IMG/VR virus record: IMGVR_UViG_3300031227_000241
Span: 1 to 32,257 of that record
DNA: 32,257 nt
Source: a virus
Lineage: Duplodnaviria > Caudoviricetes
Direction: 5' to 3' (one strand)
Shown piece by piece: positions 25,201 to 32,257 of the stretch; positions within the stretch are counted from its first letter, which is position 1, and every line of letters begins with the position of its first letter. The notes beneath the pieces were generated by a model. It saw nothing but the letters and a program-made list of their open reading frames with translations. It was not told where the DNA came from and searched no databases. The position numbers and the translations under genes are program-made.

Positions 25201-25315
25201 CGCACTCTCCATCCTCTCCGCAACTCGGACACCATCCAATCGACGCGTCAACCGGACGCAGCTCTTCGTAGCGATCCTTCGTCCAGCGGTTGCCACACTT
25301 CTTACATTCAATCAT
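25190..25315 (-). CDS. 41 aa zinc-ribbon protein
   Basis: MIECKKCGNRW...WCPSCG; TGATG overlap with the ERF stop. Confidence 0.6.
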   Translation of the reverse strand: MIECKKCGNRWTKDRYEELRPVDASIGWCPSCGEDGECDDE

Positions 25316-26088
25316 CACGCACCCCTCATCGCAAAGTTCAGCTTCACGAAGTCTGAGTTCTTCAACTCGCTATCCGCTAGGTCAACGCCTTGTGACTTGA
25401 ACCACTCAAGCAGCTTGCCTTCCGTCCAGCCTTTCGACTTCGCTGCGACTACCACGTTGCGTAGCTCGTTGATCCCGCGCTTGCCAGAGTGATCTAGTAC
25501 CAGTGCGTTTACGTCCGGATAGTCTTGCGGGAGTGTGATTGGATCAGTCGGCGTATCTGCCTGTTGAACTAACTGCTTGCCGCTCTCGCGTTTCGCCGCC
25601 TGCACGTCTGCATCCGTCGTCGCGTCAGCTTCTGGATCGTCGCCCCATGAGATAAGGAACTTACCGGAGCAGGCGTACTTTATCGCGGCTGTATCAGCTT
25701 TCATCACAGCCTTGTCTCCTGAGTCCATACCAGATCCAAGCCCCTCAGCTTTAGAGATGAAGATGCCATCAGTGAAATACAGAGTTGTCTTCACAGCAGC
25801 GAGTGACTTTGATCCGCCATTCGCAGATTGCACGATATGAAACTCTTGGACATCCGATTCGCTCTCTACGCTGATGCCTTCGACTACACATTCGTCGCGC
25901 ACTCTGTCGAGAACCTTACGTGCTGACGTGTAATTGTATCCGCCGAAGTTACCGCGCTTCTCTGCCTTCGCATCCTTCTGTAGGTATCCAATCGCGTCCA
26001 TGATGCGAACCATCTTCGCGTTGAACTCAGGCAACAACTCAACGAGCGTTGCGTCCAATACCTTCTCTCCGATGGCTGTAAGGTTCAT
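25315..26088 (-). CDS. erf: ERF-family ssDNA annealing protein
   Basis: YNYTSA...GSGMDSGDKAVMKADTAAIKY...FLISWGDDPEAD. Confidence 0.85.
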   Translation of the reverse strand: MNLTAIGEKVLDATLVELLPEFNAKMVRIMDAIGYLQKDAKAEKRGNFGGYNYTSARKVLDRVRDECVVEGISVESESDVQEFHIVQSANGGSKSLAAVKTTLYFTDGIFISKAEGLGSGMDSGDKAVMKADTAAIKYACSGKFLISWGDDPEADATTDADVQAAKRESGKQLVQQADTPTDPITLPQDYPDVNALVLDHSGKRGINELRNVVVAAKSKGWTEGKLLEWFKSQGVDLADSELKNSDFVKLNFAMRGA

Positions 26089-26324
26089 TCTTCCACCGCC
26101 CCAAGATCGACAAGCGCGGCGATTACGGAATCAATGTCGTTGCGAAACTCTCTTAGATAATCCACCGCGCAGTTCAACCCGCTCGGAGTGAAGATGGTGA
26201 TAGCTGGTGTCGTGTCGCTGTTATTGATCTTGATGACTCCGTATGTCAATCCCTCAGGTATATACGATTCAAACTTATCGCTCGCCTGTCCGTGGTGACT
26301 CGCGTTTGTATTGCTCATCGTCAT
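26085..26324 (-). CDS. Hypothetical protein
   Basis: 79 aa; AAGGAGG RBS. Confidence 0.55.
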   Translation of the reverse strand: MTMSNTNASHHGQASDKFESYIPEGLTYGVIKINNSDTTPAITIFTPSGLNCAVDYLREFRNDIDSVIAALVDLGAVEE

Positions 26325-26330
26325 GCCTCC

Positions 26331-26537
26331 TTACCACAAATCTGTCTGATGCAAACTCGCAACCTTGTCTCGCTCGCATTCTTCAGCGAACGCTGCGTCT
26401 TCAATCTGCGCGACCTCAGTCTCGTAGGTTCCTTGATCCACACGCTGATTGTCTACGTAAACTACCATCCGGCTATTCCAGTAGAATTCCTCTATCACGT
26501 GACCGTTGATTTCTATCCGCCTGTTTGAGTGCATCAC
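26331..26537 (-). CDS. Hypothetical protein
   Basis: 68 aa; GGAGGCGTGATG start. Confidence 0.6.
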   Translation of the reverse strand: MMHSNRRIEINGHVIEEFYWNSRMVVYVDNQRVDQGTYETEVAQIEDAAFAEECERDKVASLHQTDLW

Positions 26538-26543
26538 GCCTCC

Positions 26544-26903
26544 TTATTTCTCTTCGTCCTGAGATGGAATCAACCCTTCTAGCTTTGCCTTCAATTCAGT
26601 GAGTTCGGTTTCCAGCGCTGCCCGTTTGCGATACTCATCCATCCACCTTGCATCAGATCTTTTCAGGTTAGCTGTTAAGTCGTCTATCATTGGAGTTGGC
26701 TTAGACAATAGGCCTTCTGAGACGAAAGAAACCCCTATTGTTTCCGGCGCTTCTTCTGTTCCAGCAGGCTTGTATACGTACCGACCATCCTTGTATTCTT
26801 CATCGATAATAATAGCGTCCGCAAGAGCCTCAATTAGCGCTCCAGTCTTGCTTGTCGCCGCAACCAGCATCTTCCTGCCCTTCGTGTCAATCAATAGATT
26901 CAT
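26544..26903 (-). CDS. Hypothetical protein with C-terminal coiled coil
   Basis: 119 aa; GGAGG RBS. Confidence 0.6.
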   Translation of the reverse strand: MNLLIDTKGRKMLVAATSKTGALIEALADAIIIDEEYKDGRYVYKPAGTEEAPETIGVSFVSEGLLSKPTPMIDDLTANLKRSDARWMDEYRKRAALETELTELKAKLEGLIPSQDEEK

Positions 26904-26911
26904 CGTGCCTC

Positions 26912-27130
26912 CTATTTTACGATCCGCACCTTGAGCGCTCGCTCGAAAGCCATCAGGGTCTTAGAGCTTGGCGGGTACATACCGCGCTCGATGTTCGAGA
27001 TAGTCTGATTCGTGCATCCCATCCTGGCTGCTAGTTCGTCCTGTGTTATCCCAGGCTTACGTGCCATGATCTCTTCCTGCGTTGGCGTTGCATGCAGCCG
27101 CGCATTCTTGATCCGCTCTCCGATAGTCAT
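26912..27130 (-). CDS. XRE/Cro-like HTH regulator
   Basis: IGERIKNAR...ITQDELAARMGCTNQTISNIERG..PPS..L..ERALKV. Confidence 0.88.
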   Translation of the reverse strand: MTIGERIKNARLHATPTQEEIMARKPGITQDELAARMGCTNQTISNIERGMYPPSSKTLMAFERALKVRIVK

Positions 27131-27372
27131 TCCGTCTCCTCTCCGAACGTATTCATCCAGAAGGAAAGAATCTTCCTCGCTGCTTCCTCGCTGATTTCCA
27201 TTGCCGTCTTTAGGTATGGGACAGCGGCGAACATATTGATTTTGCCACTCTCTCTGAGGGAATCAAGATAGATCAAACAGCTAGACATCAACTCGTCCGG
27301 CCCCGTATCCCAGCTCTCAGGAATCGCTCGCAACAGTTCTACACACTCTTTCTTCAGCTCATCATTAGTCAT
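27127..27372 (-). CDS. Phage hypothetical protein
   Basis: YLDSLRESGKINMFAAVPYL...ARKILSFWM motif. Confidence 0.65.
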   Translation of the reverse strand: MTNDELKKECVELLRAIPESWDTGPDELMSSCLIYLDSLRESGKINMFAAVPYLKTAMEISEEAARKILSFWMNTFGEETE

Positions 27373-27536
27373 TCGTAACCTCCTGCGAACTCGTGCTGCT
27401 GAACGCCCATATCACCGGCAAGCTCGTCTATCTTGCATAGCGTGCGGTAGAGGAGCGAGCGGTTGCCGTCCTCGCGCGCTTCGTCGGCCTGCTGCTGTAG
27501 TTGCTCGATCTCGGTTGTGATGTCCGTGCGGGTCAT
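27369..27536 (-). CDS. Hypothetical protein
   Basis: Start MTRTDI after GGAGG; ATGA overlap. Confidence 0.55.
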   Translation of the reverse strand: MTRTDITTEIEQLQQQADEAREDGNRSLLYRTLCKIDELAGDMGVQQHEFAGGYE

Positions 27537-28336
27537 GTCCGCCTCCCGTCTTCGGGGAGTCGTATTTTCCGATGTTTCCCGTGATTCATAACTGCAAGAA
27601 CACCAATAGCGCACGGCAAATATCCCTTCGATACGTACCCGCCCTCTATTACTGCTCTGTTAATTGCAGAAGATATAGCGGCTACCCCACCCATCTGCAT
27701 GATCTTTTCCACATGCTTGATAGTATCAATCCCATTTTTCTCTAGGAAATGCAGCCCAGTGTGTACATGGGCATTCATTTCTCTTCCGTCCGTTATCGCT
27801 AATTGGCACAGAATTGCTGACTTGCACGCTTCTTTATTAAGGTTCCACATCCTAATGATTGTTGCAGGATACCTGATGACGTTAATCGTAGACGAGTCTG
27901 AAATCTTCAGATCGTGTTCATCAAGCCATTCCTTTATCTCTGTTTCTGGAAACATTCCAGCAGTTATTCTTGCCCTCCATCTGTAATAAGCTGAAACTCC
28001 ATGGCGGATAGTGTTGGTGTCATAGAATGCTTTTGCTTCTTCTACAGAACCATCTGATTCAAATACCATGGCAGGAACTCGCTTTATGTTCCCGCGCCTC
28101 CGTGCGGCTCCAACTCTATGTTGTCCATCAACAACATATAGCTTTCCGTCTTCTCTTTTCATAACCATTATTGTTCCGAAGCTGCTCCAGTTGAAGTTCT
28201 TTGCTATAGAAATAATGCTGCGTTCTGTCGCATCTCGCTGATAAGATTCATCAACGATAAGATCCGCAATAGCCACCATGTCGAATCTTCCTTTCTTGCT
28301 TTCCTTTTCCCAGCTGTATCGCTCGATCTTGTCCAT
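27533..28336 (-). CDS. ParB/Srx-like N-terminal domain protein (DUF6551-like)
   Basis: LIVDESYQR, YVVDGQHR..AA, EEAKAF; first gene of the early operon; AAGGAGG RBS. Confidence 0.75.
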   Translation of the reverse strand: MDKIERYSWEKESKKGRFDMVAIADLIVDESYQRDATERSIISIAKNFNWSSFGTIMVMKREDGKLYVVDGQHRVGAARRRGNIKRVPAMVFESDGSVEEAKAFYDTNTIRHGVSAYYRWRARITAGMFPETEIKEWLDEHDLKISDSSTINVIRYPATIIRMWNLNKEACKSAILCQLAITDGREMNAHVHTGLHFLEKNGIDTIKHVEKIMQMGGVAAISSAINRAVIEGGYVSKGYLPCAIGVLAVMNHGKHRKIRLPEDGRRT

Positions 28337-28365
28337 CGTCCTGCCTCCTTTTCTTACGTAAGTAG

Positions 28366-28394
28366 ACCATACACCATTTATACCTGGAATACAA
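28366..28394 (-). promoter_or_regulatory. Early-operon promoter with downstream palindrome CTTACGTAAG (28353-28362)
   Basis: TTGTAT-17 nt-TATGGT immediately after the terminator. Confidence 0.55.
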
Positions 28395-28414
28395 ATCGGC
28401 TTTCCTTACATAGC

Positions 28415-28442
28415 AAAACGGGACGCAGTTTCCCGCGCCCCG
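28415..28442 (-). terminator. Rho-independent terminator ending the late/envelope transcript
   Basis: CGGGGCGCGG-GAAA-CTGCGTCCCG-TTTT. Confidence 0.75.
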
Positions 28443-28472
28443 CTCTACAAGCGAACTCCTTGTCACGGGAGG

Positions 28473-28565
28473 TTAAATCGTTCCAGTGATCCACAACCCG
28501 ACTAACAATCCGATAGCAACGCCGATCAGCGATGCGATGATCCCTTCAATTAGTAGCCAGATCAT
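28473..28565 (-). CDS. 30 aa single-TM peptide with GxxxG repeats
   Basis: MIWLLIEGIIASLIGVAIGLLVGLWITGTI; ATGA-coupled to the lipoprotein. Confidence 0.6.
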   Translation of the reverse strand: MIWLLIEGIIASLIGVAIGLLVGLWITGTI

Positions 28566-29395
28566 AGCACGCTCGATGGCGACTGTACCGCGCAGCCTAT
28601 GTACGGGTTCGCCGGTATCGTCTGAACGTCAACCGTCGTAGCGCCCATCTCGTCTTCCCATTCAGTCGTAATCGTGACGTCGCATCCAGCTCTAGTATCC
28701 GTGCCCCAGAATGGACCACACGTAGCAGTCGCGTGAGGGTAGTTGTCGATGTTGCTCTGAGAAGGCGGCGTGTATGGCAATCCTGATGAGCCTTCAATGT
28801 GAACCGGCCATCCTTGGATGAACATGATCGCGTTATAGATCATCTCTCCGGTAGGCATCCTGACATGATACACGTCAGGCTTCGGAGGTTGTGCGCCAGT
28901 GTAAGGCGGACAGAATACAGCCATCTCTCCATGCTCTCCCCACTCTATCTTCGCGTCAATCATCGTGATAGGTCCGCCTTCAGGATCGTAGGCGTGGGGA
29001 TAAGTTACGACGTATCGTTGACGAGCGTGAAGTGTCCACAGGTTCGTAATGAAGTTGAGGACTAGACGACCAGGGACAGGTCCAGTATTGCGTAGCCAGA
29101 TTGTTTCAGTTGCCGTCTGAGAATCGTTGCCGTCGAACCATACGACGGATACCTCGATAGGTAGCTCGTTGACGGTAACTATTAGCGTTCGACTTGTCTG
29201 CGTATACGTCTTGCCTTCTACCGAGAATGTGAATTGCCCCCCATCAACGCCAAGCGCGATCAAGGTGACCGAGCAAGGTGGATAATCTGAATCTGGAGCG
29301 GACAGAGTAAGCGTGCCTACTGTGTCTGTAGGAAGACAGCCAGCAAGCAAGCCGATTGAAAGTGCTAGAGCTAATAGAAGAATTGTTCGTTTCAT
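28562..29395 (-). CDS. Lipoprotein with beta-rich (Ig/PKD-like) body
   Basis: MKRTILLLALALSIGLLAGC lipobox; AYDPEGGPI motif; AGGAGGT RBS. Confidence 0.78.
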   Translation of the reverse strand: MKRTILLLALALSIGLLAGCLPTDTVGTLTLSAPDSDYPPCSVTLIALGVDGGQFTFSVEGKTYTQTSRTLIVTVNELPIEVSVVWFDGNDSQTATETIWLRNTGPVPGRLVLNFITNLWTLHARQRYVVTYPHAYDPEGGPITMIDAKIEWGEHGEMAVFCPPYTGAQPPKPDVYHVRMPTGEMIYNAIMFIQGWPVHIEGSSGLPYTPPSQSNIDNYPHATATCGPFWGTDTRAGCDVTITTEWEDEMGATTVDVQTIPANPYIGCAVQSPSSVL

Positions 29396-29400
29396 ATCGC

Positions 29401-29482
29401 ACCTCCTAGTACGAGTTGAGGCGGATAGGGGCAGTCGTACCTACCCCTACCCTCAAGGAGGCAGTCGTGATGAGCGACTACC
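29401..29482 (-). promoter_or_regulatory. Structured leader with anti-SD and repeated ACGACTGCC
   Basis: GCCTCCT complementary to the AGGAGGT RBS; two hairpins; 9-nt repeat at 29430 and 29460. Confidence 0.45.
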
Positions 29483-29484
29483 GA

Positions 29485-30018
29485 TTACAAATTGATGTCG
29501 GGCTTTGCCAGCGGGATATTGAACTCGACGCGGATGCCTATAGTCGGGCTTAGTCCAAGCCACACACCGCCACCCCACGGGAAGTCAACACCACCCCAGA
29601 CAGACACAGGACCAACGAAGCCTTCAAGCATAAACCCTGCCGAACGTGTAATTAGCTGTATGTTGTTCGGGTAGGCTGACGATTTGAAAGTCGAAAGAGA
29701 TCCAAGTGCGAACGAACCACCGGTGTCAAGGTTGCCACCGTTGGTAAATAGTAACGTCTGCTCGAATCCAACGCTTGCATCGAAGCCAAGATCGAACGTG
29801 TCGTTAGCAATCAGAATGTCATTGTCGAAATAGAAGCCGCTGAGATCAAGATTCCATCCGTCTGCGATGTCTGCCCCAAGCAATGCACCAGCCTCGAAGG
29901 TTGGAGTTGCCGTGATGCCGACGTTTTCGATCTCGAAGTATGGACTAAACAGTGGTCCTGCGAAAGCGACCGCCGACATTGCCAACATCAAAAGCGATAG
30001 AACTAATAGTTTCTTCAT
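29485..30018 (-). CDS. Secreted protein, probable 8-stranded outer-membrane beta-barrel
   Basis: Signal peptide MKKLLVLSLLMLAMSAVAFA; about eight alternating amphipathic strands; final strand PTIGIRVEF. Confidence 0.6.
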   Translation of the reverse strand: MKKLLVLSLLMLAMSAVAFAGPLFSPYFEIENVGITATPTFEAGALLGADIADGWNLDLSGFYFDNDILIANDTFDLGFDASVGFEQTLLFTNGGNLDTGGSFALGSLSTFKSSAYPNNIQLITRSAGFMLEGFVGPVSVWGGVDFPWGGGVWLGLSPTIGIRVEFNIPLAKPDINL

Positions 30019-30278
30019 TCTTTCTCACCCCAATTATGCCCAAGGATATTCAACACACCGACGGTGATATCAATGATGATACCAGCGATGTCAAGGACGA
30101 TTTCCTTAACGTGATCAGTGAGTTCCCAGGGAAGTTTGTTGATAGCTTCTGACAGCCCTTGAAGGACTGCCGCCTTCTTCTCCGCGCCGCTACCCGGAAC
30201 TTCCACTTGCTTCATCAGCGAGCGAATGAACGGAACAACGGCAATCAATACCTTTAGTACTTGAAGTGCTGCTTTCAT
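30015..30278 (-). CDS. Holin-like membrane protein
   Basis: Hydrophobic ends; GSGAEKKAAV motif; follows tail-fibre genes. Confidence 0.55.
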   Translation of the reverse strand: MKAALQVLKVLIAVVPFIRSLMKQVEVPGSGAEKKAAVLQGLSEAINKLPWELTDHVKEIVLDIAGIIIDITVGVLNILGHNWGEKE

Positions 30279-30306
30279 GTCGCCTCCTTGTTTGCGTGAT
30301 TATACG

Positions 30307-30585
30307 TCATTCTTTCGGATTACCAAACCCACTCTTTACACGGTCGCTAACACGCCGCCCTTCATTCCGTGCTTTCTCAACCAGCAGCACGATCTCGGCG
30401 ACCTCTTGCTCGCCCATGCCGTTACTCTTCGCAGTTACTACCGTGTTCGTAGAGATCGACGATATGAGCCTGGTCAACTCTATCCGCAGCTTCTTCATTT
30501 CCGGCCCGATCTTGAGCAGCAACCACGTCGCCACGAATATCGGAAAGCCAACTTGCCCGATGAACTCTCCTATTGTTTCCCACAT
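30307..30585 (-). CDS. YvrJ-like single-TM protein/putative holin
   Basis: FIGQVGFPIFVATWLL then coiled coil. Confidence 0.6.
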   Translation of the reverse strand: MWETIGEFIGQVGFPIFVATWLLLKIGPEMKKLRIELTRLISSISTNTVVTAKSNGMGEQEVAEIVLLVEKARNEGRRVSDRVKSGFGNPKE

Positions 30586-30594
30586 TCTAACCCC

Positions 30595-31659
30595 TTAGCT
30601 GAATCCCGCCGCTTTAATCCCAGGTGACACTGCAATCCCATACCATCGTGAGTTGATATAATCCTGGAACGTCCACCGCTCCACTCCGCTTGAACTATTC
30701 TTCCGTATGACTGCATTAGCAGATCCGTAAGCCCCGTGCGTCGAGTACACGTTCCCAAACTCATCTACCGCAACGCCTTGCGATGTCCCCGCAGGTTCAT
30801 CAAGCCAGACATTCGTTCCAGTCAACGGACTAAACTTCCCAACAGCGCCGCCTGATCCATTGACGTAGTACCCGTAACCGTCGTGCCCGATAACGAGATC
30901 ATTGATTTCTCCATTCTTGCTTTGATCCCAGTATTCATCTCCGCCGACTGAGATCTTGCGGATGTGCCCAGAGTCATCTCCGAGATAGAGGCCTCGCGTA
31001 GCTTGGCTATCGATTGCTATCGAGGTGAATCTCAAAGATACATCGTCGAATACGTTAGCGTAGTTACCGTTGGCAGTTTGCAGGCGCACAACGTAGCCAA
31101 ACGCATAAGCTGCGTACACGTTGCTATTGCTGCTGTTGAATGCGATGCCGACAACTTCCCATGCGTAAGGAGTCCGTGACCAACCGAACCCGTAAGTTGA
31201 TCCGCCGTCTTGTAGGCACGTAATAGTGCCTCGTTCGTCTCCAGTGTAGATATAGGTGATCCCGCTGCGATTCTCTAGACAGATCGCAGTGACCGGAGAA
31301 GTATGCCCTGCGTACATCCACTGTTGCACACCTGCCAAGTTGAACTTGTAGACGTAATTTGCGCACGCCCAGTAGGTATTTCCTTCATCGTCGCAAGCAA
31401 CGGCATCTGGATTGGCGATGCCCCCGCCATACTTCGGCCAGCCAACCAAATCAGTATGGTCGTCGTCAATTCCATAGAGGCGATCTGATCCATCCTCGCA
31501 CGCCCATATCTGTTTCTCGCCTACTGAGATCTGTTTGATGTCGGCTCCGATATTGATGGCATTGATTGTACCCTGCTTAATAACGCCTCCGATGTTGACA
31601 TACTCAGAGGTGATCTGCTTGATGACTCCATCGACATTGCAGTATTTTCCGAGTGCCAT
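30595..31659 (-). CDS. Beta-propeller tail-associated protein, candidate receptor-binding protein
   Basis: N-terminal NVDGVIKQ/NIGGVIKQ/NIGADIKQ triplet; about 40 aa repeats such as VAVDEFGNVY, LYLGDDSGHIRK..G..W. Confidence 0.7.
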   Translation of the reverse strand: MALGKYCNVDGVIKQITSEYVNIGGVIKQGTINAINIGADIKQISVGEKQIWACEDGSDRLYGIDDDHTDLVGWPKYGGGIANPDAVACDDEGNTYWACANYVYKFNLAGVQQWMYAGHTSPVTAICLENRSGITYIYTGDERGTITCLQDGGSTYGFGWSRTPYAWEVVGIAFNSSNSNVYAAYAFGYVVRLQTANGNYANVFDDVSLRFTSIAIDSQATRGLYLGDDSGHIRKISVGGDEYWDQSKNGEINDLVIGHDGYGYYVNGSGGAVGKFSPLTGTNVWLDEPAGTSQGVAVDEFGNVYSTHGAYGSANAVIRKNSSSGVERWTFQDYINSRWYGIAVSPGIKAAGFS

Positions 31660-31660
31660 G

Positions 31661-32143
31661 CTATACCTCGTAGACGAGACCTATCTCGCCATAGCTGATC
31701 TCTCCAGCTCCAGTTCCAGCGGTAGGCACAGCCGTCAATAGCTTGATATTCCTCAGCTTAGCAGTCGTATCTCCCGCGTTCTGTGAGTATCCGATAAGGT
31801 CGCCTGTCATCGTGTCTCCTGCAATGGCTACCTTGTCAGTGCCTAGGCTCGCAATCGTCACGTCTTGCGCCGCGTCAGCCGCCACCCTCAACGCAGCCTC
31901 AGCCGTCACGGTAGACAGCAGCGCAATGTCTGAAGCTACATCAGGCGCAACAACCTTCGCACGTCCGCTTGCGTCTCGAATGAGAATCTTGCTCGCCGTC
32001 GCAGCCGATACCGCGCCGTGAACGTCTATCTCTGCATCAACGTGTGCTTTCAGATAGACAAGGTTATTGCCGATCCCGTTCATGTCGGCATATCCCACGC
32101 CATCAGGCGCAGTCCAGTCTACTTTAGGATCTGTCCAAGCCAT
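31661..32143 (-). CDS. Short tail fibre protein
   Basis: Start re-placed at MAWTDPKVDW (GAGGAG RBS); VHGAVSAATASKILIRDASGRAKV, KVAIAGDTMTGDL, LRNI motifs. Confidence 0.7.
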   Translation of the reverse strand: MAWTDPKVDWTAPDGVGYADMNGIGNNLVYLKAHVDAEIDVHGAVSAATASKILIRDASGRAKVVAPDVASDIALLSTVTAEAALRVAADAAQDVTIASLGTDKVAIAGDTMTGDLIGYSQNAGDTTAKLRNIKLLTAVPTAGTGAGEISYGEIGLVYEV

Positions 32144-32144
32144 G

Positions 32145-32257
32145 TTAGTCCTCCTCGCCGTATAAGCCCTCGCCGTATCGCCGCGCTCCGTATCCACCAA
32201 CGAGGCCATTCTCCTGTCTCTTGATGAGAGCCGCGCTCGCGTCAACCGTGGCCGTGA
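32145..32257 (-). CDS. C-terminus of an upstream tail/baseplate protein (partial)
   Basis: Open frame ...TATVDASAALIKRQENGLVGGYGARRYGEGLYGEED*, stop one base before the fibre ATG. Confidence 0.45.
   Translation of the reverse strand, partial: TATVDASAALIKRQENGLVGGYGARRYGEGLYGEED

Noticed and set aside
289-32224. All plus-strand ORFs in the track (e.g. 5837-6403, 9160-9741, 15290-15838, 22702-23286)
   Set aside because: They are antisense shadows of well-supported minus-strand genes, with no recognisable motifs
30595-32257. Diversity-generating retroelement or invertible tail-fibre system
   Set aside because: No reverse transcriptase, invertase or duplicated template region is visible in the window
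1-32257. tRNA genes or alternative genetic code
   Set aside because: No cloverleaf was found in the few intergenic gaps, and core genes translate intact with the standard code using all three stops

Overview
This window is most of a tailed dsDNA phage (Caudoviricetes) genome, and every credible gene lies on the minus strand. In transcription order (right to left) it runs: tail-fibre/beta-propeller genes; two holin-like genes; a cassette encoding a putative 8-stranded outer-membrane beta-barrel, a lipoprotein and a small membrane peptide; an intrinsic terminator; an early operon (ParB-like protein, Cro/XRE HTH, ERF recombinase, SWIM, PD-(D/E)xK nuclease); a replication initiator with internal iterons; many small regulators; an HNH-domain protein; an SNF2-like helicase-DNA methyltransferase fusion; TerS and TerL; a block of small accessory ORFs including a stand-alone SEC-C protein; portal; a MuF head protein fused to an R-S-E ADP-ribosyltransferase with a coupled candidate immunity gene; prohead protease/scaffold; a decoration protein fused to a beta-helix; major capsid protein; head-tail genes; and a tandem paralogue pair. 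Both ends fall in tail genes, so the remaining tail module is probably outside the window. No integrase, divergent repressor or endolysin is visible. The most notable items are the MuF-ART toxin/immunity pair, the envelope cassette beside the holins with a switch-like leader, the decoration-beta-helix fusion, several structured intergenic RNAs, and an exact 12-nt gene-junction motif present six times. All family calls come from reading motifs by eye; no searches were run.
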